Shown here in pieces: positions 19,733 to 29,546 of a stretch of DNA of 64,000 nucleotides. Origin of the DNA: an uncultured delta proteobacterium (GTDB lineage: Bacteria > Desulfobacterota > Binatia > UBA9968); the NCBI GenBank assembly GCA_963737905.1, contig CAVTUQ010000002.1:64001-128000 (forward strand), read 5' to 3'. Position 1 is the first letter of the stretch. Every line of letters starts with the position of its first letter. The position numbers were made by a program, and so were the translations under genes. Under the pieces are notes generated by a model that was not told the origin of the DNA, did no database searches, and saw nothing but the letters and a program-made list of their open reading frames with translations.

Positions 19733-20505
19733 CAGATGTTCAGCCACGGTGTGACCATGATGTACTTCACGTTGAAGGCCAGGCGCAAGAATATCTTGAC
19801 GGGAAGAGACGCCATCGTGACGAAAAGAAAAGCGGTAATGGCAAAACGCACAGGACCCCAACGCTGCATGAACTCCCTTCCCTTGACGCGGATGACCCAT
19901 GCGTAGAAGAGCCAAATCGCTACGACAAAATACGCCCCGATACAAATGAGTCCAAACACCGCCGACCATACGTAGTTGCGGAAGCCGACGAGGTAGGGCA
20001 AATCGACGTTGGTTAATGCCACGACTTTATGCGGGTCCCAATGTTGCCACGGCCAAAACAGGTTCCACCCAGGGCCGCGGAAAAAAGTTCCGATGATGAT
20101 CATACTGACCCACAGCACGTGGAAGCCCAGAAAGAAAGTCAAGATCTCGTATTTCCTGTCTTTGAAGCAGAAATAGCCGTTTCCTTTAGGGTTGATGTCG
20201 ATAAAAGGGATCACCATGAGGCCGACGATAATCAGGCTGGGCATCACCACGCCAGCGTTCCACGGATCAAAATAGACCAGCATTTCCTGCAATCCAAGAA
20301 AGTACCAGGGGGCCTTCGACGGATTGGGAGTGCGCGTGGGATTCGCCGGCGCTTCTAAAGGCGCGTCGATCAACAAGGCCCAGAGAATCAGGACGATCAT
20401 GACGAACATCGCGCACAGAAACTCGTTGCGCACGAGATTGGGCCACGTGTAAATCTTATCGTCGACCGGTAGAACCCTTTTCTTCGCTTCAGTGACCTCA
20501 GCCAT
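19732..20505 (-). CDS. Cytochrome b C-terminal / subunit IV (PetD/QcrC-like)
   Basis: TWPNL and APANPTRTPNPSKAPWYFLGLQE (PEWY-equivalent motif); extra C-terminal TM helices. Confidence 0.85.
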   Translation of the reverse strand: MAEVTEAKKRVLPVDDKIYTWPNLVRNEFLCAMFVMIVLILWALLIDAPLEAPANPTRTPNPSKAPWYFLGLQEMLVYFDPWNAGVVMPSLIIVGLMVIPFIDINPKGNGYFCFKDRKYEILTFFLGFHVLWVSMIIIGTFFRGPGWNLFWPWQHWDPHKVVALTNVDLPYLVGFRNYVWSAVFGLICIGAYFVVAIWLFYAWVIRVKGREFMQRWGPVRFAITAFLFVTMASLPVKIFLRLAFNVKYIMVTPWLNI

Positions 20506-20548
20506 CTTGATCCCTTCTTAATCCTCTCAAAACTTCGAAATCTTTTCT

Positions 20549-21325
20549 TTATAGTGACGGACCCGAGAAGCCATCGCGGCGAATGCGCCAGAAGTGCACC
20601 GCCATGAGAACGCTCGCGACCAGGGGGATAAAAATACAGTGGAGGATATAAAAGCGCAGTAATGTATGCGGACCGATCTCACCGCCACCGAACAAGAAAG
20701 CCCTCGCATCGTAGATGGGATTGGCGCCGACGAACTCCGCAAAGGGTCCCTCGTTTCCAAGCAAAGGAGTCGCGCGAGCCATATTGGAGCCAACCGTGAC
20801 CGCCCAGATGGAGAGTTGGTCCCACGGCAAGAGATACCCCGTGAAGCTCAGCAGCAGGGTGAGCACGAGAAGCAAAACACCGACGACCCAATTGAATTCC
20901 CTCGGCGGTTTGTACGAGCCGGTGAGGAAAACGCGGAACATATGCAGCCACACAAAAACGATCATGGCGTGAGCGGACCAGCGATGCATGTTGCGCATCA
21001 GCATCCCGAAGGGCATGTCGAACTCCAGATATTTCATGTCGGCGTAAGCGTACTCGGCGACCGGCCGGTAATAAAACATCAAGTAAATGCCGGTGACCAC
21101 GGTAACCAGGAACATCAGGAAAGTCAGCCCGCCCATACACCAGGTAAAGCGCATTCGGACGGCATGGCGCCTGACCTTGGCGGGGTGCAGGTGCAGGAAA
21201 ACATTGGCCGTAACCATCATGACGCGATTCCGCGGCGTGTCCTCGTAGCCGTGGCGGAAAATCGCCCTCCAAACGTGGCTCTCGACAATATCCCGCTTAA
21301 TGTCTTCCCACTTCTTTGAACTCAT
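20549..21325 (-). CDS. petB: Cytochrome b6-like subunit
   Basis: TWCMGG (heme ci Cys position), MHRWSAH, WLHMFRV, TGYLLPWDQ, LHC...VHFW. Split cytochrome b architecture. Confidence 0.92.
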   Translation of the reverse strand: MSSKKWEDIKRDIVESHVWRAIFRHGYEDTPRNRVMMVTANVFLHLHPAKVRRHAVRMRFTWCMGGLTFLMFLVTVVTGIYLMFYYRPVAEYAYADMKYLEFDMPFGMLMRNMHRWSAHAMIVFVWLHMFRVFLTGSYKPPREFNWVVGVLLLVLTLLLSFTGYLLPWDQLSIWAVTVGSNMARATPLLGNEGPFAEFVGANPIYDARAFLFGGGEIGPHTLLRFYILHCIFIPLVASVLMAVHFWRIRRDGFSGPSL

Positions 21326-21338
21326 AGGATCTTTCCCA

Positions 21339-21863
21339 TCAAACTTTCAGGATACTCTGGGGAAATTGTTCATCGGGTTCGACCCCCGGTTGCATTTTGA
21401 AAACCGTGCTCTTGTCCACGACCAATTGACCGCTCTCGCTGACGTCAACCTTGAATCGGTCCATCGGTCTGGGTGCGGGACCTTCGAAATTGAGTCCGCT
21501 CCTATAATACCCGCTGCCGTGACAAGGGCACTTGAACTTATCCTCGGCGGCGAGCCACCGCGGAGTACAACCCAAGTGGGTGCACTTTGCGAAGATCGCG
21601 TAGATGCCTTCCTTCTCGCGTATAATCCAGACCCGTTGCTCGGCCATGAATTTGTCGCTTACCTCGCCGACCGAAAAGTCACTAGCGTTACCGGCCTTAA
21701 AAGTTGACGACGGTTGAAACAGCACCCGCGGGAACGCGGAACGGACAAAACCGAGTAAAATGCCTACGCCGAAAAGTCCGAAGCTACCCCAGCCAAGCCG
21801 AGTAAAAAAATCTCTTCGCGACCAGATACCGCTTTTTTGTTTCTCTTGTTCCGCCATAACCAT
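21339..21863 (-). CDS. petC: Rieske iron-sulfur subunit
   Basis: Tat motif SRRDFF plus a TM helix; CTHLGC and CPCHGS; GPAPRP. Confidence 0.93.
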   Translation of the reverse strand: MVMAEQEKQKSGIWSRRDFFTRLGWGSFGLFGVGILLGFVRSAFPRVLFQPSSTFKAGNASDFSVGEVSDKFMAEQRVWIIREKEGIYAIFAKCTHLGCTPRWLAAEDKFKCPCHGSGYYRSGLNFEGPAPRPMDRFKVDVSESGQLVVDKSTVFKMQPGVEPDEQFPQSILKV

Positions 21864-22211
21864 CTACCTTTTTAACCAGCTGATGAGGCCTCCCCAAACT
21901 ACAAAGATGACCCCACCTAACATCAAAACTAAACCTACCGGGCCAACGATAAATGACAAACCGGCTCCCAAAACAAATATTAGAACTCCTGTTCCCAGGG
22001 GATTGAATGGGGCCGGAGTCGATCCCCCCGCGCTCTCTTCACCCTCGGCCTTGTGGATCAACTCCTCGCGGATGAGGGCAAACGCCAACTCTTTAAGATC
22101 TTCCCGCCGCTCAGGGTCGGCGCCCTGGATGAGACGGCCAATCTCTTGAGCTAACCCCTCGATCTCTTGTTCACGCGCTTGCGACGCGCCATTGGGAGGA
22201 TCAGATGTCAC
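21864..22211 (-). CDS. Hypothetical membrane protein, first gene of the cytochrome operon
   Basis: Stop codon directly abuts the Rieske ATG; helical N-terminus and two C-terminal TM helices. Confidence 0.7.
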   Translation of the reverse strand: MTSDPPNGASQAREQEIEGLAQEIGRLIQGADPERREDLKELAFALIREELIHKAEGEESAGGSTPAPFNPLGTGVLIFVLGAGLSFIVGPVGLVLMLGGVIFVVWGGLISWLKR

Positions 22212-22279
22212 TTCAGATTAGAATGATTGACTAATATAGAAACGATTTATTGTCAACCTTTTCACGGTGTAGCAATCCT

Positions 22280-22762
22280 TTATGTCCGCAACAAAACGAC
22301 CGCAGTTGCGGCCATTCCTCTACCTTGGCCCAACCATCCAAGCTTCTCGGTAGTCGTCGCCTTGATACTGATCTTGTTTTCCGCCACTCCAAATCGGCCG
22401 GCTATATTTTTTTTCATGGCAGCATAATAAGGCGCCAGTTTGGGTTGCTGTGTTACAAGAGTAACATCCACATTGACCAGTTTAAAGCGCCTGCGCCGCA
22501 TGATGCGCAAGACTGTATCCAGCATTTCTGTGCTGGCGATTCCCTTGTATCGTGCATCTGTATCCGGGAAATGCATTCCGATATCGCCCTCGGACATCGC
22601 GCCGAGAACAGCATTGATCACGGCATGGCACAGCACGTCCGCGTCCGAGTGACCCGCAAGACCCATCCGATACGGAATCTCCACGCCCCCGAGAATAAGC
22701 TTTCTCCCGCGACGAAATCGATGAACGTCGAAACCATGTCCTACGCGAAATTCTCGAGCCAT
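22280..22762 (-). CDS. ispF: 2-C-methyl-D-erythritol 2,4-cyclodiphosphate synthase
   Basis: RVGHGFDVH, GHSDADVLCHA, GDIGMHFPDTD and KATTTEKLG motifs. Confidence 0.96.
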   Translation of the reverse strand: MAREFRVGHGFDVHRFRRGRKLILGGVEIPYRMGLAGHSDADVLCHAVINAVLGAMSEGDIGMHFPDTDARYKGIASTEMLDTVLRIMRRRRFKLVNVDVTLVTQQPKLAPYYAAMKKNIAGRFGVAENKISIKATTTEKLGWLGQGRGMAATAVVLLRT

Positions 22763-23031
22763 TTTACAAAAACCGGGGTTCAGCTTCCAGTGAGTCCGGA
22801 TGCTTTACTAGATTCTCCGTTCCTGCCTAGTCCAAGCATATTTCATGGGGTTTTTAGAGTGGGCATGCTTTTCTATGTGTCTTGACAAACGGCTTGTCCG
22901 ACGTTAGCACAGTGGCATCATCACTTGATTCGAAGGAACAATCAAGAATGCCGTGAATGACTTTCGCAACTCGGCTACCTGGAGTTGGACTTATCCCTGG
23001 GCTATAGTCTCCGTGAAGTAGGAGAATCCAG

Positions 23032-23775
23032 TTGACTCGAATGTTTCTGCTGTTTCCACTCTTTCTCGTAGCGATACCTTTGTTCATGGTCGTTTCCGGC
23101 CAAGCACAGTTGGGAAGGGATTACCGCCGAGCGGACCGCTCCAGCGCGGGCATCGCACCCCCCGCTGAAACGACCCCTGAAGCCGTGGTTCAGGTCTACG
23201 CCGCCCGCGCCCTAAACTGGCGCGGCATTTTCGGCGTGCACACCTGGATCGCCACCAAACCTGAGAATGCGACCGAGTATACATTGCATCAGGTGATCGG
23301 GTGGCGCACATTTCGCGGTCTACCCGCCGTAGTTTCCGCCCCTGGCATTCCGGACGGTAGGTGGTTCGGCAATGAACCGGAGCTTATCTGTGAACTGCGT
23401 GGCGAGGCCGCCGCGAAAGCCATTCCGAAGATCATCGAAGCGGTTGCGAGTTATCCCTACCCGAGCCAATACACGCTTTGGCCCGGCCCCAATAGCAATA
23501 CCTTTACCGCCTATGTCGGACGACAGGTTCCAGAGTTGAGACTGGACCTTCCAACTACGGCCATCGGCAAAGACTACCCGATCAATGGTTCGCTGGTGGA
23601 TCGCACGCCCAGCGGGACCGGATATCAATTTTCGATGCTCGGCGTTCTCGGTCTAACCTTGGCGCGCGAGGAAGGCATTGAGCTAAATCTACTGGGGTTG
23701 AGCTTCGGCGTCGACTTTGCTCGGCCCGCTCTTAAACTTCCCTTCATCGGCAGGCTTGGTGTCAGCCAGAACTAA
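23032..23775 (+). CDS. DUF3750 domain protein
   Basis: ADRSSAGIAP, GIFGVHTWI, WPGPNSNTF and LPTTAIGKDY motifs. Confidence 0.85.
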   Translation: MTRMFLLFPLFLVAIPLFMVVSGQAQLGRDYRRADRSSAGIAPPAETTPEAVVQVYAARALNWRGIFGVHTWIATKPENATEYTLHQVIGWRTFRGLPAVVSAPGIPDGRWFGNEPELICELRGEAAAKAIPKIIEAVASYPYPSQYTLWPGPNSNTFTAYVGRQVPELRLDLPTTAIGKDYPINGSLVDRTPSGTGYQFSMLGVLGLTLAREEGIELNLLGLSFGVDFARPALKLPFIGRLGVSQN

Positions 23776-23783
23776 CCTCAAAC

Positions 23784-25265
23784 TTACTGCGGTTCAGACA
23801 CGCGAATGGCGCTCAGCGCCGCGCCGACGAAACAAAGCACCGCTGCTATCAGATACGCGTAATGAAAGCCCTGCAGGAAAGCGGTAAGCACCGATTCTCC
23901 ATTTTTCGTTGCCAGATCTCCCCCAAGATTTTCCAGCGAACTGCGCCCTGTTGCCGCTATCAGTTGCGCGCTAACGACGGTTGCCGCCAGGGCTGCTCCA
24001 ACCGCGTTGCCGAGGCTGCGAATGATCGACAAGAAAGACGATCCGACTCCCAAGCGGTGGCGTGGAACTGAGCTCATCAACAAGTTGTTGTTCGGGGTTT
24101 GAAAAAGACCCATGCCAAACCCCAGAACACTTAGCCAAAAAATGACCGCAAACGAGGTCGTTTCCACCGAGAGCAGGCTTAAGAAAAGAAAAGCAACAGC
24201 ATTGACTATCAACCCCAGGCTACAGAGACGCTCGGGTATGAACCTTTCCGACATCCAGCCGGTAAGCGGAGCCAGTAATGCCATCGCAAAAGGCGTCGGC
24301 ACCACGAGAAAACCAGCATGCAGTGGATCCAATCGCATCCCGAGTTGAAGAAAGAAGGGCATCAGCAACACATGGATGCTCATGGTGACAAAGCTGATCC
24401 ATCGGGCGGTGTTTCCCAACGTAAACGCTGGGATCCGGAAGAGCGTCAGATCGAGAAGTGGAAAACACGCACGCCCTTCCAACCGAACAAATAAAACGAG
24501 CACGATAATTCCTGCAAGAAACTCCATGCCGACTAGCGCGCTTCGCCAGGTCCCTTTTTGAGCCGTAGCCAGCGCGAGCAAAAGCAAAGAGATACCGAGC
24601 GCGAACGTAATCGTGCCAAGAAAATCGAAAGGCTCTTTTCTCCGCGATGAGCCTGTGAAACTTTCCGGTGGCAACAAATAGCGGGCGGCAACCAAACCCA
24701 TGAATGCCAGCGCCGCAGATAGATACAAATTTGAACGCCACCCGAAGGCGTAGGTAAGCATTCCGCCGAGCACCGGGCCCAGCGTATAGCCAAGGGCCGA
24801 CACCGTTCCGCCTGATATCCCCATGGCCCGTCCCCGTTCTTCCGGCGGAAACAAAGCCGTCACCAGCGCGAAATTGTTAGCCATGATAAGCGCGCTGCCG
24901 GCGGCCTGGAACGCCCGAAACAAGATCAATTGCTCGGCACTCTGAGACCATCCCGCAGCCAAAGCACTGGCCGCATAGAGAACAAACCCGGCACTGAATA
25001 CCTTGCCGATTCCGACAAGATCCGACAATCTTCCGCAGGGTAAATACAGAGAGGACGTGATCAGCGCATAAACCAGGGCTATCCAACTCGCTAATGTCAA
25101 ATCTGCGTTGAATTCGCTGATGATCACCGGAAGCGCGATGCTCAGCTGTCCGCTATCGGCGGTAACCAGCAGAGTCGCGAGGGACGCGACGGACAACGAC
25201 AGCCAACGTTTGCGGCGGGGCAACGGAGATTGGTCTTGCGATAAAGTCATGGGGTGGCGGTTCAA
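23784..25265 (-). CDS. MFS transporter, DHA2 (EmrB/QacA)-like
   Basis: About 14 TM helices; GRLSDLVG, ERGRAMG, GPVLGG, PLLDLTLFR. Confidence 0.9.
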   Translation of the reverse strand: MNRHPMTLSQDQSPLPRRKRWLSLSVASLATLLVTADSGQLSIALPVIISEFNADLTLASWIALVYALITSSLYLPCGRLSDLVGIGKVFSAGFVLYAASALAAGWSQSAEQLILFRAFQAAGSALIMANNFALVTALFPPEERGRAMGISGGTVSALGYTLGPVLGGMLTYAFGWRSNLYLSAALAFMGLVAARYLLPPESFTGSSRRKEPFDFLGTITFALGISLLLLALATAQKGTWRSALVGMEFLAGIIVLVLFVRLEGRACFPLLDLTLFRIPAFTLGNTARWISFVTMSIHVLLMPFFLQLGMRLDPLHAGFLVVPTPFAMALLAPLTGWMSERFIPERLCSLGLIVNAVAFLFLSLLSVETTSFAVIFWLSVLGFGMGLFQTPNNNLLMSSVPRHRLGVGSSFLSIIRSLGNAVGAALAATVVSAQLIAATGRSSLENLGGDLATKNGESVLTAFLQGFHYAYLIAAVLCFVGAALSAIRVSEPQ

Positions 25266-25340
25266 GGTTCAACGCTAATGCAGTCGGGTGCCTCTGCATT
25301 CTTTGACCAACTTTGACCCTTAAACCTTGAGCTTTGAACT
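25259..25340. repeat. Period-7 palindromic tandem repeat element
   Basis: Left arm ggttcaa x2, central hairpin aatgcag/ctgcatt, right arm ctttgac-ccttaaa-ccttgag-ctttgaa. Confidence 0.55.
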
Positions 25341-25342
25341 CT

Positions 25343-26140
25343 CTACTTGATGACCGGCCAGCGGCGCCCCTTCTTCTTAATGATCTGCAGAGACACCCCG
25401 TACAGTTCCCGCAAGAGATCTGGTTTCAGCGCAGCGCGCGTCGCGCCGGCGTAAAGCACCTTGCCGTCTTTCAGGATCAAGGTCTTGCCAAACAACGGCA
25501 GAATTTCCTCAACGTGGTGGGTTACGTAGATCAGCGATGGTATTATTTTCTGCTTTCCCACCGCCTGTAATGTTGCGAGAAAATTCTCCCGCGCGCCCGG
25601 ATCCATTCCGGCGCAGGGCTCGTCCAGGACAATGAGATACGGCTTGGTCATCCGCGCTCGCGCAATCAGAACTTTTTGTTGTTCTCCTTGGGACAATACA
25701 CCGAATTCTTCATTACCGAGATCACCGCAGCCCATCTGCGCCAAGTATTTTTCTGCAAGAAAATAATCTCCTCGACTCGCCTCGCCGCCGAATTTTTCCA
25801 AATAGCCAATCTGAGCGAATTTTCCGGACACGACGGTGCGAATGACTTTTTCTCCGGCGGGAATTTGCGACGGTAAGATCGACGTTACCCACCCGATACT
25901 TTTCCTTAACTCGGGAAGATTGATCAGTACCCTCCCTTTTCGGAGGACCTCCCCACCCGCATTGGGCCAAAGATAGCCACAGGCAATTCTCAACAACGTA
26001 GTCTTGCCGGAGCCATTGGGTCCTAAAATCGCCCAATGATCGCCCGGTTCCACCGTCCAGTTAATGGAGTGGAGAATGGGCTTACCGTTCCCAACGTAGG
26101 AGACGTTGCGAAGTTCAAGCGCGGGGGTTCGCGAAGCCAT
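25343..26140 (-). CDS. ABC transporter ATP-binding protein (ModF/YlmA-like)
   Basis: GPNGSGKTT, LSQGEQQ, LDEP and VTHH motifs. Confidence 0.92.
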   Translation of the reverse strand: MASRTPALELRNVSYVGNGKPILHSINWTVEPGDHWAILGPNGSGKTTLLRIACGYLWPNAGGEVLRKGRVLINLPELRKSIGWVTSILPSQIPAGEKVIRTVVSGKFAQIGYLEKFGGEASRGDYFLAEKYLAQMGCGDLGNEEFGVLSQGEQQKVLIARARMTKPYLIVLDEPCAGMDPGARENFLATLQAVGKQKIIPSLIYVTHHVEEILPLFGKTLILKDGKVLYAGATRAALKPDLLRELYGVSLQIIKKKGRRWPVIK

Positions 26141-26184
26141 CGAGAATTGGCGTGCTGGAGTGTTACTCCATCACTCCATTCACT

Positions 26185-27180
26185 CTACTGCTTGAACCGC
26201 GTGAAGACCTGCTCGGCGTTCTTGTGAAAAATCTGTTCCTTCTGGTCCGCTGTTAGCCAAGAAATGCTTTCGATATTCGGCCGCACGTCGTCGTACCACT
26301 TGCCGGTGCGAGGATCGGTCTTGGAACCCGCCCCCGGACGCTCTGTGCCGAACAAGCAGCGAGCCGGCCCAACGATTCGGAAAAGCAGCTTCAAGGACTC
26401 AACATTGTAAAGCGCCGTATCGAAGTAGAGTTGTTGCAACTGCTGGTCGAAGTTCTCCGTATCGTTGGGGCCGCGCAACTGCGAGCGCCACCTGCCGACC
26501 TGGTACGGCACCGAGCCGCCGCCATGGGAGATGATGAGTCTTAGCTTGGGAAAGTCTTGAAACACTTTCGAATCGATCAGAGACAAGATCGCGATGCTTT
26601 CCTCGGTAATAAAGTGACCGTGGAAAGACTCCCGCGGATTCTTGCAGCTCGCCGCGTGAATAAGTGCCGGAATATCCATCTTCACCATCTTCTCATAAAG
26701 CGGATACCAGTATTCATTGCCCATCGCCGGCGTCTGCCCATCGCCTTCCCCCGGATCCGGGTTGATCATGATGCCGACAAATCCGAGATCGTTGATGCAA
26801 CGATCGATCTCGTCAAAGGTATTGTGTACGCCTACCCCGGCGTTTTGCGGCAAACCGCCGATTGCGCGAAACTTCTTCGGCTCCATTTTAACCTGCAACG
26901 CCAGCGCGTCATTCACCGCTTGACAATACCAGTGCACGATCTTCTCAGGTTTCGCCGAGTGCATCATGGTATAGGGCCGCGGCGAGATAAATGCGAAGTC
27001 CGTCCCGACTTGATCCAGGACTTCCGAATGCTTGTGGCCACGCCACTTCGCTCGTTGAATATTTTCCTCCGTCACGACAGTGCCGCCGGGGCGATGGAAC
27101 CCCGCGCTATTGATCAAACCCGCCTGGAAGGTTTGGAGTTGCTCGCCCGCGACGATATGGTTGTGAATATCGATAATCAT
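26185..27180 (-). CDS. Amidohydrolase_2 family protein, LigJ (4-oxalomesaconate hydratase)-like
   Basis: MIIDIHNH, SPRP, INPDP, WYPLYEKM, SHGGGSVPYQ and LFGTE motifs. Confidence 0.85.
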   Translation of the reverse strand: MIIDIHNHIVAGEQLQTFQAGLINSAGFHRPGGTVVTEENIQRAKWRGHKHSEVLDQVGTDFAFISPRPYTMMHSAKPEKIVHWYCQAVNDALALQVKMEPKKFRAIGGLPQNAGVGVHNTFDEIDRCINDLGFVGIMINPDPGEGDGQTPAMGNEYWYPLYEKMVKMDIPALIHAASCKNPRESFHGHFITEESIAILSLIDSKVFQDFPKLRLIISHGGGSVPYQVGRWRSQLRGPNDTENFDQQLQQLYFDTALYNVESLKLLFRIVGPARCLFGTERPGAGSKTDPRTGKWYDDVRPNIESISWLTADQKEQIFHKNAEQVFTRFKQ

Positions 27181-27238
27181 GTTTCAATCCTTTCCCCGTG
27201 GATTGGTTTCGAACCTATCAGACTGGCGGCCCGCTTTG

Positions 27239-28573
27239 TCAAGCCGCAGTTTTGCTCGGCTTGAGTTCATTTGTCATCAACGGTTTTTGTGGCGCCTGCA
27301 GCATGAGACTTAGAAATGCCGACGTAATCAAGGCACAACCAAAAATGATAAACGAAAGACCGTAACCGTGGGTAAGATCGAAAAGGAAACCAAAAAAAGG
27401 CGGCCCTGCGGCCGCCAACCCCTGAGAGATAAGGATGCCCAAACCTCGCACTCTGCCCAGGGAGCGGCGACCAAAGTAATTCGCCCAGAGAATCTCTGGC
27501 AAAACCATGTTGCCCCCTAAACCGATGCCATAGAGAAAGAATCCCGCATAGAGACAGAAAAGATTTTTCGTCGAAATGGCCAATCCCAAACCGATCGCTT
27601 GGATAACGAATCTGAGCATGGCCGCAACGCGAACATCCATGCGCTCGGCCAGAATCCCCCATGGAAGGGGCGAAGCGAGCTGCATGGAAGCAATGACGCT
27701 CATAACGGTAGCGGCGATGACCGGCGGATGACCGAGGTCGGTAACATAAGGGTAGACGTGCAGATTGAGGCCCGTGACTCCCATACTGGCGATACCAAAC
27801 GTCACCACCAGTAACCAGAAGGTCGGCGTCCGCATCGCTTCTCCGCGCGTCCAAAGCAAATTCTGATCCGCGATCTGATCCGATGCGGGTCTTTTCGGCT
27901 TTGCGGAACTCTCGCCGGAAGCAACCGATTCTCGGACTCCGTCAGGCAATAGACCCATTTCTTCAGGCGAACGCCTGATGATAGCCAGCACAGGGCCGAC
28001 CCCAAGGACCACGGCCACCAAACCGAATACCATCCAGGTTTGACGCCATCCCAGCCAGACGATGAGCGAGGCCGCAACGATCGGCATGCACACTTTGGCA
28101 AAACCGATGCCCATGCTCGAGAAGGCGAGGGCACGCCCACGTAGGCGCAAAAACCACTGGGCAATGACGATATTGACGACCATGGAGCCCATCATTGCGT
28201 CGCCCAGGGTCACAAACGTCAATCGCACCACAACAAATTGCGTAAAGCTTTCTACCTGACCAAGCAACAGATAACCGACACCTACGATAACCGCGCCGAT
28301 CGCAAGCAACCAACGCCCGCCATAACGGTCGACGAGTTGCCCTACCAGAGGCGCAACGCCAGCCCCGATCAAGCCTTCACCGGATCGAACCAATGAAAAC
28401 ACGCCGCGAGAAACACCAAGATCTGCAGTCAGTGGCTTGAGGAAAATGCTAAGGGTGCTGGCAAGCGCAAACGCAGACGCGACATTGGCGAAAAAGCCGG
28501 CACCGACGATGTACCAGCCGTAGAAGATTTTCCGGTTGCCCGTGCGAGCTGCCGCCTCCGCCGTCGATGCCAC
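27239..28573 (-). CDS. MFS transporter (OFA-like)
   Basis: FYGWYIV, GQLVDRYGGR, PEEMGLLPDG, YFGRRSLG; about 12 TM helices. Confidence 0.9.
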   Translation of the reverse strand: MASTAEAAARTGNRKIFYGWYIVGAGFFANVASAFALASTLSIFLKPLTADLGVSRGVFSLVRSGEGLIGAGVAPLVGQLVDRYGGRWLLAIGAVIVGVGYLLLGQVESFTQFVVVRLTFVTLGDAMMGSMVVNIVIAQWFLRLRGRALAFSSMGIGFAKVCMPIVAASLIVWLGWRQTWMVFGLVAVVLGVGPVLAIIRRSPEEMGLLPDGVRESVASGESSAKPKRPASDQIADQNLLWTRGEAMRTPTFWLLVVTFGIASMGVTGLNLHVYPYVTDLGHPPVIAATVMSVIASMQLASPLPWGILAERMDVRVAAMLRFVIQAIGLGLAISTKNLFCLYAGFFLYGIGLGGNMVLPEILWANYFGRRSLGRVRGLGILISQGLAAAGPPFFGFLFDLTHGYGLSFIIFGCALITSAFLSLMLQAPQKPLMTNELKPSKTAA

Positions 28574-28655
28574 TGATATGCATTAGCAGGGATCGATGGC
28601 TGTGTGCAATGGAATGCACGCATCGACGAGGTACAAAGGAGACGACATGCTCGCA

Positions 28656-29480
28656 TTATCGAGCCGAGCGGCTAGGATCTATGCGGTTTTGTTGCTTCGC
28701 ACCGAGGTCGGATTTTTTGGCCTCGATCAGCTTTTTCAAATTTTCGATTCGTTCCTCGCCGCCCGGATGACTGCTCAAAAAAGGTACCTTCAATCCTCCA
28801 GGCAGCCGGAGCATCTTTTCCTGAAGCCGAACCGCGCCCTGAGGATCAAATCCATTCGCCAGCATATACTCGATGCTCGCCGCATCAGCTTCCCGTTCGT
28901 CGTCCCGGCTATAGGAGGCTTCGATCAAATCGGCGCTCAGTCCGGTGATCACACCCGCAGCCGGAATACCGGCCACGCCAAGACCGACTCCCACCATAGT
29001 GCCGATTCCTTGAATCGTGCTCGAGCGTGTCTTGCTCGCATCCACGTGTCCCTTTGCCCAGTGCGCGGCTTCGTGGCCCAACAGGGCAGCGAACTCATCA
29101 ACGTTCTCGCCGATGAGTTTAACCATCGCGATATTTACGGCGATCATAGGGCGGTCGTTTATAAATCCCGCGAAAGCGTTCGGATCTTCCCCTTCGACAA
29201 TAAACAGTTCGGCCTGGATGCCGGCACTGCGGGCGATGCGAAAGTGCGCCAGCAGCAACCTCTGAACCGTCTGCCTTCTCATCTTTAGAAGAACCGTCTC
29301 GCCGGGACCGTAAAGCGTGACGGTGGAAGTCGGCGCCACGGCCATCTCGCGCACGCGCCAGCTGAAATCACCTCTTGGCGTCGAGCAACCGGCTACGACT
29401 ACCAGCAGCAATATAAAAGCAAACAGGCTCATAAGGAAAATTTTGAATGTCCTATTATGGACGCGAAAGAAATCCGTCAA
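28656..29480 (-). CDS. M48 family zinc metallopeptidase, probable lipoprotein
   Basis: Lipobox VAGC, PNAFA, LGHEAAH, YSRDDEREAD, FLSSHP. Confidence 0.88.
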   Translation of the reverse strand: MTDFFRVHNRTFKIFLMSLFAFILLLVVVAGCSTPRGDFSWRVREMAVAPTSTVTLYGPGETVLLKMRRQTVQRLLLAHFRIARSAGIQAELFIVEGEDPNAFAGFINDRPMIAVNIAMVKLIGENVDEFAALLGHEAAHWAKGHVDASKTRSSTIQGIGTMVGVGLGVAGIPAAGVITGLSADLIEASYSRDDEREADAASIEYMLANGFDPQGAVRLQEKMLRLPGGLKVPFLSSHPGGEERIENLKKLIEAKKSDLGAKQQNRIDPSRSAR

Positions 29481-29546
29481 GACTGGCAGCGGTCACCCTT
29501 TTGCTGTAGCTTTTTACGTAGCAGTGAGTCTAGCAGTGGAGGTCCT

